A stretch of DNA of 64,000 bases from Candidatus Latescibacterota bacterium (GTDB lineage: Bacteria; Latescibacterota; UBA2968; GCA-2709665): positions 1,536,001 to 1,600,000 of the forward strand of contig CBDCOX010000002.1 of assembly GCA_965219995.1 (NCBI GenBank), written 5' to 3'. A model generated the notes under the pieces. It had not been told where the DNA came from. It ran no database searches and saw nothing but the letters and a program-made list of their open reading frames with translations. This document shows positions 1 to 9,621 of this stretch, piece by piece (positions within the stretch are counted from its first letter, which is position 1; every line of letters begins with the position of its first letter). A program made the position numbers and the translations under genes.

Positions 1-174
1 CCCCTGGCGTTCAGGGGTTCTCGAATCGAAATAGGCACTTGGAATCGTTGAATCAAGATAAACACTCTGTCTGGCTATTTTCACCGGCTGTCACCTTGAT
101 TACAGAAACCGACGGACGTATTGTGTTGGTAGATTTACGCTCTTCCGTCTTGTAGGACTCTGATCCTTCTTCAT

Positions 175-1140
175 CTATCTGCCGAGACAACAATTCTTAT
201 GCTTTTTTCCACTACCACATGGACATATCTCGTTTCGGCCAACTTTTCTCCCATTGGCTTTCGATGTACGATTGGCCACTTGATTGACGGCAAAATCGAG
301 TCGCTTAGCCCCCCAAATGTTGCCAGTGAACCGCTTACATTGTTCAGGACTATAGGGTGTACGAGGTAACTCTTTGATTGCGTTCCATGACGTATTCACA
401 TCAATGGCGAATTCGTTTGCTGTATCTTCGCTGGCTCGTAGCGTCTGTTTAAGCAGGGGATACCTATACTCCGTAACGGTTGACCCAGGCAAGAGAACTA
501 GCGATCCTGCAAAAATTCGGACCTCGGTATTTTTACCACTACCGGCCGTGTTTACTGATTGACTGCCCAAATTGTGATGAACGTAGTCGCAGAGCGATTC
601 GTACCTTTGCCAGATTCCTTCGAAACCCTTGGTATTCGTTAGGTTCTTTATACACCCGACAATATTGATGGGTTTTAGGACCGAATTGGACACACCCTGC
701 TCTTTGAGTATTCGTTCGAATTCTGGATTTGACGTCGCAAATCGCGCTCTAACTATGTTCTTAAAGAATGACTCGCCACCACCTCTCCAATCTTGAGTCG
801 CGCGATTCTTCGCGGAATCAAGCCTGGATTTCACTTCGACCAAAAAGGCACACAATTCCAATGCACTACGACCCGCCAGATAGAGGCCAATAGAACTGGT
901 ATTCGCGAGCGCGAGATAGGTGTCAATTAGTTGTATGACCTTTATTTGGTTGCAGATGCGAAAGTTGTTGGCGTGTCCTAGACAGGATTGATGGATGTGT
1001 TTAAAAGTCCTCCCCTCTGAGTCAGATCGTGACTCTAGATCAAGACACTGCTTTGGCTCAGGCAACTGTATCGGAAGCTCCAAACTATCCAACATCCCCT
1101 GCCGCATACCGATGATTTTCTGGATCGCTAATTTGGACAC
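175..1140 (-). CDS. Hypothetical protein with C-terminal SEC-C metal-binding motif (N-terminal part possibly HEPN/DUF5677-like)
   Basis: 321 aa ORF ending KVGRNEICPCGSGKKHKNCC (SEC-C); internal YESLCDYVHH motif; lower GC than neighbours. Confidence 0.75.
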   Translation of the reverse strand: MSKLAIQKIIGMRQGMLDSLELPIQLPEPKQCLDLESRSDSEGRTFKHIHQSCLGHANNFRICNQIKVIQLIDTYLALANTSSIGLYLAGRSALELCAFLVEVKSRLDSAKNRATQDWRGGGESFFKNIVRARFATSNPEFERILKEQGVSNSVLKPINIVGCIKNLTNTKGFEGIWQRYESLCDYVHHNLGSQSVNTAGSGKNTEVRIFAGSLVLLPGSTVTEYRYPLLKQTLRASEDTANEFAIDVNTSWNAIKELPRTPYSPEQCKRFTGNIWGAKRLDFAVNQVANRTSKANGRKVGRNEICPCGSGKKHKNCCLGR

Positions 1141-1475
1141 TTCACATATCCCTCAGGATTTGCGTTTCTCATTTTTCCCTGTCTGTTGGTTGTGGCGGTG
1201 AGAATTTAACGGGTACGTTCATCAAACGTAACGCAATGCCCGAATCATTAAAACATGCACGGTGGTACGGTGTCAAGCGCCGTTGCGAACTCGGAGAGAT
1301 ACTCCCGTAGGAATCTTCAGCTCATTTGTCTCCTGTCAAGGATCTTGAAGACTGTTGCTGCTACATTGGGCGAGAAATGCCCTACGTATTGGGCCTGCGA
1401 CTAACGGGTATAAACCAATAGTGCTCCCCGTATAATCTACACTCTCCATAGCAGCGGGCACTCTCGCAGGACCGT

Positions 1476-1590
1476 TTCGACACGCTCAATGACGGCGTTT
1501 CGACAAGCTCAACGAACGTCATTGAGCCTACTCTCTGAGGCTGTGACTCGAGAATCCTGCCGTGAACCGCTCCCTGAGTCTGTCGAAGGG
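1476..1590. repeat. REP-like cluster (TTCGACAAGCTCA / CTGAGyCTGTCGAAGG family)
   Basis: tttcgacacgctcaa, tttcgacaagctcaa and inverted ccctgagtctgtcgaaggg; same motif recurs near 25457, 25523, 31757, 46974, 54941. Confidence 0.65.
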
Positions 1591-1719
1591 ACGGCGAGTG
1601 GCAGTCGAAAAACGGCCAAACGCGGCCGTTCTCCAGATCGATGTTGATCGGAGCCAGTCCCTACGGGATTCCTATATTTCCCGCCGCGAGATTTCGCAGC
1701 CGCAATTTCAGCGGCGCTG

Positions 1720-2187
1720 TTACTGCGGTTTCATGAATTCCATTCGGATGAATTCGAACTCACCCCCGTTCGTACGGTTCATATAGCGTTCGACTTCCCT
1801 GAAACCGACGCGTTCGTAAACCTTTATCGCCCGCTGGTTGAACGCCGCGACGCGAAGTTGAATGGTCTTCGGCGAGAACCGGGATTGCGCGAAATCCAGT
1901 CCCGCACAAACAAAACGCTCCCCCAGTCCCTTCCCCGTCAGATCCGGATGAAGACCCAGACCGTAATCCACGACGCCGACTGAGATTTGATACGCAAAAA
2001 ACCCGACCAATTCGCCAGCGTCATCCCGTACGGCGAACATGGAGTCGCCCCGAAGTGCGGGATCAAGAAGTTCCGCCAGGTCCTCGGCATCCGCTTCCGC
2101 GTCATAAAACGCATATTCGCCCTCGTAATGCCACGAAGCGATCGTTTCAGCGTCCGATTGACTCAGAGGTTCGATATCAAACCGCAT
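1720..2187 (-). CDS. GNAT family N-acetyltransferase (RimJ/RimL-like)
   Basis: GLGLHPDLTGKGLG acetyl-CoA motif, FNQRAIKVYERVGF; start overlaps end of upstream decarboxylase. Confidence 0.85.
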   Translation of the reverse strand: MRFDIEPLSQSDAETIASWHYEGEYAFYDAEADAEDLAELLDPALRGDSMFAVRDDAGELVGFFAYQISVGVVDYGLGLHPDLTGKGLGERFVCAGLDFAQSRFSPKTIQLRVAAFNQRAIKVYERVGFREVERYMNRTNGGEFEFIRMEFMKPQ

Positions 2188-3580
2188 CGGCCAACTCCCG
2201 GAGCACGTCGACTGCCAGTAGAACGTCCTCCTTCCGGCAATCGAACTGCCCGACCTGGAAGCGGATGACGAATCGTCCGTCGTGGATCGTATGTGTCAGG
2301 TAGATCCGGCCGTCGTCGTTCACCGCGCGGAGCAGGCGCTCGGTGGCCTCGTCGGCATTCCGCCCTTCCGGGGCGAACTGGAACGTGAAGAGCGAGAGGC
2401 GGCATTCCGTGGTCAGGCGGAAGCCGTCGAGCGATGCAATTGCGGCGGCGGCTTCCCCGGCCCAGGCGACGTGGTTCCGGATCCGATGTCGCAGATCTTC
2501 GAGACCGTGGGCGCGCAACAGGAACCAGAGTTTGAGGGCCCGAAAGCGGCGCCCCAATGGAATCGTCCACTCGCTGTAATTGGTGATCTCGGACTGCCCG
2601 AGCGTCTCGAGGTATTCGGGACGGATACCCAGGGTCCGGACCTGCGGCTCCGGGTCCGCGAGAAACTGGATCGAGCAATCGAACTGCGCGCCGAGCCACT
2701 TGTGGGGGTTGAAGACGATGCTGTCGGCGCCCTCGACGCCTTCCCACAGCTCCCGAAGTTCGGGACAGATCATCGCGGAGCCGGCCCACGCCGCGTCCAC
2801 GTGCACGTAGAGGTCATGCTCGCGCGCGACTGAGATGGCCGGGGCCGGACGGTCGGACGCGCCCATCGACGTACCGCCGATGCAGAGGACGACGCCGGCC
2901 GGCAGAAATCCCGCCGCGAGGTCGGCGTCGATCGCCGCCCCAAGCGCTTGGGAATCAAGCGCGCCGGAACCGTCGGTATGGACTTTGACGAGATTCCGCT
3001 GGCCGATCCCGGCGATCCGGATCGACTTGTCGATAGACGAATGGGTCTCCGGCGACGCGTAGATCCGCAATTGTCTCTCGCCCGTGATTCCGGAGTCGAT
3101 CCCGCGCCAACCCAGCGCGCGCTCCCGCATTGTCAGAACGGCGCAGAGGTTGGCCGACGTTGCGGTGTCCTGAATGACCCCCTGGAACCCTTCCGGCAAT
3201 CCCAGGGCCTGGCGCATCCAGTCCACCATCCGCGTCTCCATTTCAGTCGCCGCGGGCGAGGTCTGCCAGAGCATGCACTGGGCCGCCATCACCGCTGTCA
3301 GGTTCTCGGCGATCATCGAAACCGGCGCGGCGTTGGCCGCGAAATAGGCGAAGAAGCGCCGGTGCTGCCAGTGCGTCATCCCGTCCGGCACGATTCGCTC
3401 GAAGTCGGCGAAAATCGTCTCCATGTCTTCCGGCGCTTCCGGCGGCGCATCGGGAAGCATCGCGGCGATCTCACCAGGCGCGGTCTGTGCCCTCACGGGC
3501 CGCTCGTCGAGCGTGGACAGGTACTCAGCACCCCATCGGGCGGTTCGCTCAGCCCATTTATAGTAGTCTTCTCTTCTCAT
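2177..3580 (-). CDS. PLP-dependent group II decarboxylase (aromatic L-amino acid decarboxylase-like)
   Basis: THWQH..FFAYF, SPAATEME, HVDAAWAG, FNPHKW (PLP lysine), PLGRRFRALKLWF. Confidence 0.9.
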   Translation of the reverse strand: MRREDYYKWAERTARWGAEYLSTLDERPVRAQTAPGEIAAMLPDAPPEAPEDMETIFADFERIVPDGMTHWQHRRFFAYFAANAAPVSMIAENLTAVMAAQCMLWQTSPAATEMETRMVDWMRQALGLPEGFQGVIQDTATSANLCAVLTMRERALGWRGIDSGITGERQLRIYASPETHSSIDKSIRIAGIGQRNLVKVHTDGSGALDSQALGAAIDADLAAGFLPAGVVLCIGGTSMGASDRPAPAISVAREHDLYVHVDAAWAGSAMICPELRELWEGVEGADSIVFNPHKWLGAQFDCSIQFLADPEPQVRTLGIRPEYLETLGQSEITNYSEWTIPLGRRFRALKLWFLLRAHGLEDLRHRIRNHVAWAGEAAAAIASLDGFRLTTECRLSLFTFQFAPEGRNADEATERLLRAVNDDGRIYLTHTIHDGRFVIRFQVGQFDCRKEDVLLAVDVLRELADAV

Positions 3581-4139
3581 AGTAACGTTGACTCAATAAT
3601 CTTTACAGTTCAATTCGTTTCAGCTCCATTTCTGACCCAGACCCGCCGACCGTCCGGTGCTCGCTGCCGCGCCGATACACGAGGTTCAGACCCAGTCGCG
3701 ACTGTGGCCCATTGCTGAATTTCGCCGGCCTTGCGTAGATTTCATCGATTGATCACAACCATAGGGCTTTATTGTAGAAATTTCACATTTATTTATTATA
3801 TTTATTAGAATAACGCATATCGGCACGTCGAATGCCGATTTCGCGTTACCGTGCGGCTGTCCCGTGGCCACGACGGCAAGCATACAGCATGCTGCCCGCA
3901 AGATTCCACTCTCCAAGGGAGACCTTTATGGAAGACAAAGGGCCGATCCACCGCAGTTTCCCCGCAAGTTGATCTCGTCGATGCGGTCCACTTCCTCGAG
4001 GCATATATACAGCAAGAGCCGCGACCCGCCAAAGTCGCGGCACCCAGACATTAACCTCGCCCCCTCAAGGTGTGCTGAAATCTAACACAGTGAGAGCGCC
4101 AGGGCAATAACTTTCGGTCAAACGGAAAAGGAGGCGATC

Positions 4140-5531
4140 ATGTCAATGCGTGTCGCAATAATCGCACTTGCCGCATGCGTGAGTTGGAGTTGTGGTGGTG
4201 AGCGTGTTACGCAGATGCAGGAGCCAGAAGGTCAGGTGGGACGACCGCTGGGTAAAGTGGCCGCACAGTATGATGGCGGACATGCAGCGGTGATGGTCAC
4301 TCTAACGCAGGATGGCGCCCCGGTGATCGGCGCAACCGTAGAATTCGCGCGGTCTGTTTCCGGACAGGCGGCAGATTACACGGAGTTCGCCGGCGGGCCG
4401 AATACGACCGATGAGAATGGCCGGGCGAGACTGAAACTTTCAGGTAACAACGTAACGGGTTATTTTCGGGCGCGAGCCTCGAAAGATGGAGTTCAAGTCG
4501 GTTCCTGGTCGAGCATACCGATTAACGCCGGTTACAGGGTGTTGGTGAATCTGCCCATTGGCGACAAGGCCCGGCTGACAGGCTCATTCGCGCTTTCTGA
4601 ACAGACCATCGTCTTCAGCGAACTGAACTGGGCCAGTGCCCAGTTGCAGAACCGCATCGCACAATATATCGTGGAGCTGGGCTACGACTATCCTACCGAT
4701 CTGATCGCCGGCTCCACGCTGCCCCTGTTCGACAGCTTGCGCAAAGGTGACACCCATGTTTTCATGGAGGTCTGGCTGCCCAACCAGGACGAAGGCTGGG
4801 CAGAATCTCAGGCCGCCGGGGACGCGATTAACGTCGGCCCAAGTCTTGGCAGCGACTGGCAGTCGGCGTTTGTCATTCCCGCGTACCTCCAGGAGCAGTA
4901 TCCGGATCTGGACAGCGTAGAAGATCTCAAGGAAGACCGTTTCAAGAACCTGTTTGCGACCGCGGAGACGGGCGGCAAGGCGCGCCTGATGTCCTGCGTC
5001 AGCACCTGGGGCTGCGCAGAAATAAATGCAGCCCAGATTGAAGGCTACGGCCTGTCGGATCACGTACAGATCGTCACCCCCGAGGATGCAGAAGCGTTGG
5101 ACGCCGACCTTTACAGCGCCTACGAGAACGGAGATCCCTGGCTCGGTTTTCAGTGGGGCACCAACGATCCGGCCTTGCTCCTGAACCTGGTACGGCTCGA
5201 CGAGCCCGAGTATAGCGACGAGTGCTGGGAAACGAACAAGGCCTGCGCCTACGAGGCCGCAACCATCCTGATTGCGGTGCATTCCAGTCTGCCGGCCAGG
5301 GCCCCCGACGTCGTCGACATGCTCCGGGCCTGGGGCCTCGACATCGACCGCTACAAGGAGGTTGCCGTCTGGCAGAGCGAGAACCCGGAGGCCGGAATCA
5401 ACGACGCGGCTCTCTGGTGGCTGGGCGCCAAGTCCGATCATTGGAGCGGCTGGGTTACCGGCAATGCTGCTGCCGCCATCAAGACCGCCCTCGATGCCAA
5501 CGAAATACCCGATGGCTGGCCTGAAGAGTAG
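4140..5531 (+). CDS. Lipoprotein: N-terminal Ig/carboxypeptidase-regulatory-like module fused to glycine betaine ABC substrate-binding domain
   Basis: RBS aaggagg; signal/lipobox-like N-terminus; LNWASAQLQN, MEVWLPN, C..TWGC typical of ProX/OpuAC-type binding proteins. Confidence 0.75.
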   Translation: MSMRVAIIALAACVSWSCGGERVTQMQEPEGQVGRPLGKVAAQYDGGHAAVMVTLTQDGAPVIGATVEFARSVSGQAADYTEFAGGPNTTDENGRARLKLSGNNVTGYFRARASKDGVQVGSWSSIPINAGYRVLVNLPIGDKARLTGSFALSEQTIVFSELNWASAQLQNRIAQYIVELGYDYPTDLIAGSTLPLFDSLRKGDTHVFMEVWLPNQDEGWAESQAAGDAINVGPSLGSDWQSAFVIPAYLQEQYPDLDSVEDLKEDRFKNLFATAETGGKARLMSCVSTWGCAEINAAQIEGYGLSDHVQIVTPEDAEALDADLYSAYENGDPWLGFQWGTNDPALLLNLVRLDEPEYSDECWETNKACAYEAATILIAVHSSLPARAPDVVDMLRAWGLDIDRYKEVAVWQSENPEAGINDAALWWLGAKSDHWSGWVTGNAAAAIKTALDANEIPDGWPEE

Positions 5532-5609
5532 GTCTGGTCAATGTCCGCGTCAGGGACGCCAAAAACATCGTTCGTAAAGATCACTTTCCGACTGACAAGG
5601 AAAAACCAA

Positions 5610-6884
5610 ATGGATACCCTTCCGCTACCTGCCCGTCCCGTACTCGCGCACTACGTGAAACGCGCCAAGGACCTCGTCAGCGCCGCTCATTCGGAGAACA
5701 CGAACGCAGTTAAGGAGTTCTGCAACAATTGGCTCGACGAGATTGTCCGCGTGTCCGGGCCCGACCTGACGGACTTTGTGCGGGGCAGCTGGGAACGGGC
5801 CATCGGCGAAGTCGAAAAAAGCGCCGGTGACGTGTCGGCGAAGGCTGGAGATGAGAGCCATCGGTTTTCGATTGCGGACGCTCAGTCGCTCATCGCAGGG
5901 GCGCATAGCTTCGAAGGCTGGGACGCGTTTGCCGACTTCATTAAGCGCGACACGCGCCAGACGCCCGAGGGCGCCGAGTTCGAGGTCGCGGCCGACGCCG
6001 TGGTCGATGGAGACCTCGCCAGGCTTGAGCCCCTTCTGCGCGGGAATCCGGCCCTGGCCCACGCCAGATCGGCGCGCATTCACCGGGCGACGCTGCTGTA
6101 CTATCTCGCCGCCAACGGCATCGAGGACTTCCGCCAGCGGTCGCCCGCCAATGCGCCGGAGGTCGCGCGGTTTCTGCTGGATGCCGGCGCCGAGGTGGAT
6201 GCCCTGTGCGGACCGGGCGATTCGGGAGACACGCCGATGCTGGCGCTCGTAACCAGCGTTCATCCGCACTACAGGGGTGTTGCGACCGAACTGATCGAGA
6301 TGTTCGTGGAGGCGGGTTCGAAGGTGGATGGGGTCAACGGAGACGGCGCGCCGGTCCGTCTGGCCTTCAAGTTCGGGTATCCCGAGTCTGCCGCCGCACT
6401 GGTGCGTCTCGGGGCCGAGGTGAAAACCGTAGCGATGGCCGCGGGGCTGGGCCAACTGGACCTGACAGAGGAATTCGTGGAAGAACGCGGCGTTTCTGAG
6501 GCAGACCTGGCGGTCGCGTTTGAAGATGCCTGCCGGTTCGGACGGACGGAGATCGCCGAATACCTGCTGGCGCAGGGCGCCGACGTGGACGGACAGGGCA
6601 CGTGGGATATGACGGGCCTGATGTGGGCCGCTTCCCAGGGACATCTCGACACCCTGTCACTGATCCTCGATCGCGGCCCGTCGCTTGAATTGAAAAACGA
6701 GTTCGGCGGCACCGCGATGGGCACGACCCTGCATTTCGCGATCAATTCGCCGAACCCCGGGGCGGACTATCCAGCGGCGATCGACATGTTGCTGAACGCG
6801 GGGCTGAAATCCGAGGGCTCCAGGAAAGGAACGGGGCGGGATGATATCGACGCCGTGCTTCGCAGGCACGGTCGGATCGACTGA
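5610..6884 (+). CDS. Ankyrin repeat protein
   Basis: TLLYYLAANG, LLDAGAEVDA, TGLMWAASQGH repeats; start chosen at MDTLP after aagga. Confidence 0.85.
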   Translation: MDTLPLPARPVLAHYVKRAKDLVSAAHSENTNAVKEFCNNWLDEIVRVSGPDLTDFVRGSWERAIGEVEKSAGDVSAKAGDESHRFSIADAQSLIAGAHSFEGWDAFADFIKRDTRQTPEGAEFEVAADAVVDGDLARLEPLLRGNPALAHARSARIHRATLLYYLAANGIEDFRQRSPANAPEVARFLLDAGAEVDALCGPGDSGDTPMLALVTSVHPHYRGVATELIEMFVEAGSKVDGVNGDGAPVRLAFKFGYPESAAALVRLGAEVKTVAMAAGLGQLDLTEEFVEERGVSEADLAVAFEDACRFGRTEIAEYLLAQGADVDGQGTWDMTGLMWAASQGHLDTLSLILDRGPSLELKNEFGGTAMGTTLHFAINSPNPGADYPAAIDMLLNAGLKSEGSRKGTGRDDIDAVLRRHGRID

Positions 6885-6916
6885 TCCGGCAGTCCATTGA
6901 CCGGCATCACAAAAAC

Positions 6917-6945
6917 AAGGCGCTGCCATCACGGCGGCGCCTTTT
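6917..6945 (+). terminator. Rho-independent terminator-like hairpin
   Basis: aaggcgctgcc-atcac-ggcggcgcctt followed by short T run, 32 bp after ankyrin stop. Confidence 0.5.
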
Positions 6946-7133
6946 CCGTTGAGCCTCGGAAACAGACGGGCGAACTCTTGCGTTGAGCCTGTTGAAATGG
7001 CTTGTCGAAACGCCCGTATACCGGGTTCCCAACGAACCCGCGCCGCCTCGGCATGACCTTCCGGGCGCAAACGTGCCGCCTTTCAGGCTTGGGACACGTA
7101 CAAATCACACTGGTGTGTACCGATGCCGCAGTA

Positions 7134-7197
7134 GATCCTTCGTCAGCCGGCCTGCCGGTGATTCGGTGGCAGGCCGGACCGCTTCCTCAGGATGACA
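7134..7197. repeat. REP-like palindrome (GATCCTTCG...CTCAGGATGAC) with internal hairpin
   Basis: Inverse of the gtcattctgag...gaagaatc motif at 7250/7471; internal ccggcctgcc/ggcaggccgg stem. Confidence 0.6.
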
Positions 7198-7231
7198 GTT
7201 TGGGCTAACGGATGACGGATACATTTCAACG

Positions 7232-7638
7232 ATGGCTATTGCAAGACATGTCATTCTGAGCGAAGCGAAGAATCTCCCGTCTTCTCGGCTTGACGTGTGG
7301 CGGAAGCCTTCACCAACCCATATGCGCGGAGGCCTGGTTTCCCTGGCGGCTTTCTCACAGTCTGGGCGCACGTCGGCAGACAGGAATGTCTGCCCCACCC
7401 TCACAGCGGCTTCTTCACAGTTCGGCGCAGGCATGGCCGAGACATTTCGCCCATGGCAATCGCCCTACATGTCATTCTGAGCGCAGCGAAGAATCCCCCG
7501 TCTTCTCGGCTTGACGTGCGGCAGAAGCCTTCGCCAACCGGTATGCGCGGAGGCCTGGTTTCCCTGGCGGCTTCCTCACAGTTGCAGCGCACGTCGGCAG
7601 ACAGGAATGTCCGCCCCACCCTCGAAACGGCTTCTTCA
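7232..7638. repeat. Two direct copies of a 186 bp composite REP unit (period 221 bp)
   Basis: 7232-7417 and 7453-7638 align; each has gtcattctgagcgaagcgaagaatc and ggcagacaggaatgtctgccccac. Confidence 0.9.
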
Positions 7639-7657
7639 TCGTCTACACCGTGCACGT

Positions 7658-7682
7658 GTAGGGGCGTCCCTTGTGGGCGCCC
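7658..7682. repeat. GTAG-type REP palindrome
   Basis: gtaggggcgtcccttgtgggcgccc; inverted copies at 29562 and 34439. Confidence 0.75.
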
Positions 7683-7694
7683 TGCGATATGATC

Positions 7695-8078
7695 TTACGT
7701 CTGCATGATTTGGATGAGATTTCCGCATGTATCGTCGAAGATCGCCAGCATAACGTCCTGATAGTTGGTCGGCTCCATCGTAAACGAGACGCCGAGCGCC
7801 TTCAATCGCTCAAACTCGGCTTGAGTATCCTCAACGCCGAACGATGCCGCGGGGATGCCCTGTTCGAAGAGTCCCTTTTGGTATGCCTTTGCCACCTGAT
7901 TCCCGTTCGGCTCGAGCAAGAGTTCGGGACCGTCGGGGTTTTCGGGAGAGACGACGGTGAGCCATTTGAACTCCCCGACGGGAACGTCATGCTTCTTCAC
8001 AAAACCCAGCGTTTCCGTATAGAACTTCAGGGCTTTGTCCTGGTCTTCCACAAATACGCCTGTGAGTACGATTTTCAT
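7695..8078 (-). CDS. VOC/glyoxalase family protein
   Basis: VEDQDKALKFYTETLGF, FDDTCGNLIQI; RBS aggag. Confidence 0.9.
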   Translation of the reverse strand: MKIVLTGVFVEDQDKALKFYTETLGFVKKHDVPVGEFKWLTVVSPENPDGPELLLEPNGNQVAKAYQKGLFEQGIPAASFGVEDTQAEFERLKALGVSFTMEPTNYQDVMLAIFDDTCGNLIQIMQT

Positions 8079-8171
8079 ATCGCGATTCTCCTGGTTATCG
8101 GTCGGTTTCGGGTACGAACGTTTGATGGTATTGCGACAGCTCCAACAAGCGATCGATCGCTACTGTAATTC

Positions 8172-8972
8172 TCACGCGGCCATGAAGGCGGCAAAAGTAC
8201 ACCCCGTTGGATGACAGTAGTTGTATTTGAAGTACGACCTGAATCCAATCTTCCGGTAGACCGGCTCTCCCATCTTCGACGCCTGCAGTACGGCAATCCT
8301 GTACCCCATTTGGCGAGCGTCCTTCATAGGCGCCAGCGTCATCGCAGTTCCGATTCCCTTCCTTCGATGCTCCGGCGAAACTTCCACCTGATAGATTCCC
8401 GCAACCCCGGATGACAGAAACAACATCGAAGTCCCGACCGGCTCGCCGTCGATCCGCCCCACGTAGAGTCGCACCAGGGGCGATTGGATGAGAACCTTGA
8501 ACATTTTGAACTCGAACAGAGTGAAGAAAGACAGCCATTCGCGCAGTCCGTTGTCATCACCCACCCGTTCTAATCTGAGGTCGAGCGGAAATGGACGCAC
8601 TCCATTCATCGCATCCAGTTCCATGGCCATCCCGGGAGGATTGTGATCCATCGCCACGAAGCCGTTTCTCAAGAGTTCATTTCTCAGATTCGCCGGCTGT
8701 GCCTTAGGACCGAACTTGAGAAGCGGCGGCAGCTCCCTTTGCTCAATACCCTCGCGAATACATTGGATACGTTTCTTGAGCATCGCTTCGTGGAAGCGCG
8801 GTTCGACCAGGTAATTCGGCCACCACGGTTTGCCGATGACGCCGGTGTAATCTTCCTCTCTCAGGATCGTCTTACCTCCCGATTCCGCGGCGAAGAGAAA
8901 CAGATCGATGTTGTTCTGCTCGATCGCGACAGTGACAGCGGAATCCGAAGAATCATTCAATATATCTGTCAT
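8172..8972 (-). CDS. GNAT family N-acetyltransferase
   Basis: VSPEHRRKGIGTAMT, LQASKMGEPVYRKIGF. Confidence 0.85.
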   Translation of the reverse strand: MTDILNDSSDSAVTVAIEQNNIDLFLFAAESGGKTILREEDYTGVIGKPWWPNYLVEPRFHEAMLKKRIQCIREGIEQRELPPLLKFGPKAQPANLRNELLRNGFVAMDHNPPGMAMELDAMNGVRPFPLDLRLERVGDDNGLREWLSFFTLFEFKMFKVLIQSPLVRLYVGRIDGEPVGTSMLFLSSGVAGIYQVEVSPEHRRKGIGTAMTLAPMKDARQMGYRIAVLQASKMGEPVYRKIGFRSYFKYNYCHPTGCTFAAFMAA

Positions 8973-9045
8973 TCAGGAACCTTTCTCGCCCGATCCAGTG
9001 TCAATAGCAACCGCGTCTGCGACTCCCAATACCCGGTTAAGGCAT

Positions 9046-9453
9046 TCATCGCGGTTCGGCTTGAACCGTTTTCGATATGATCGATTGCAGATCCGGTTCG
9101 GTAAACCGATCCGACTTCAACACTTTGCCGTCCTCCCTGTATATCGGTTTACCGTGCTCATCCAGTTTACTCATGTTGCTCCGGTGGACTTCGTCAAAGA
9201 GCTCTTCGGCAATGTCCTGCAGTCCATGGGTGATGAATGTGCCCAGGAGTACGTAGAGCAAATCGGTAAGGGCGTCCGCGATCTCCACGATATCCCGGTC
9301 TTGTACGGCCTCTCGATATTCCTCCAGTTCCTCCAGGAGCATCCTGACCCGCCATTCGCTTAACTCCGCGGGTACGATTGCGGTAGGCGTGCGCTCTATG
9401 TGCGCTCCGAACACCTCATGAAATCGTCTCACGCTATTCAGTTGATCTTTCAC
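9046..9453 (-). CDS. MazG-like nucleoside triphosphate pyrophosphohydrolase (PRA-PH family)
   Basis: EELEEY, EIADALTDLLYV, EVHRSNMSK, REDGKVLK; GTG start after gggaga. Confidence 0.85.
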   Translation of the reverse strand: MKDQLNSVRRFHEVFGAHIERTPTAIVPAELSEWRVRMLLEELEEYREAVQDRDIVEIADALTDLLYVLLGTFITHGLQDIAEELFDEVHRSNMSKLDEHGKPIYREDGKVLKSDRFTEPDLQSIISKTVQAEPR

Positions 9454-9621
9454 ACGGCATCTCCCGATAGGCTCTGCCTCAAATGTTGTCGGAATGTCTA
9501 TTGTCTCGCGAACCCAATGATTGTCGTCCCGGCTGATTGGGCGACCGTGAACCCTCTCAGCCGAAGCGCAGACCCTCACGGCGCGCCGATGGGGGGTCTC
9601 CAGTCGGAGCGTCGATTCAAG

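Noticed and set aside
7002-7708. Short ORFs across the REP cluster
   Set aside because: They translate repeated palindromic DNA in several frames with no protein signature.
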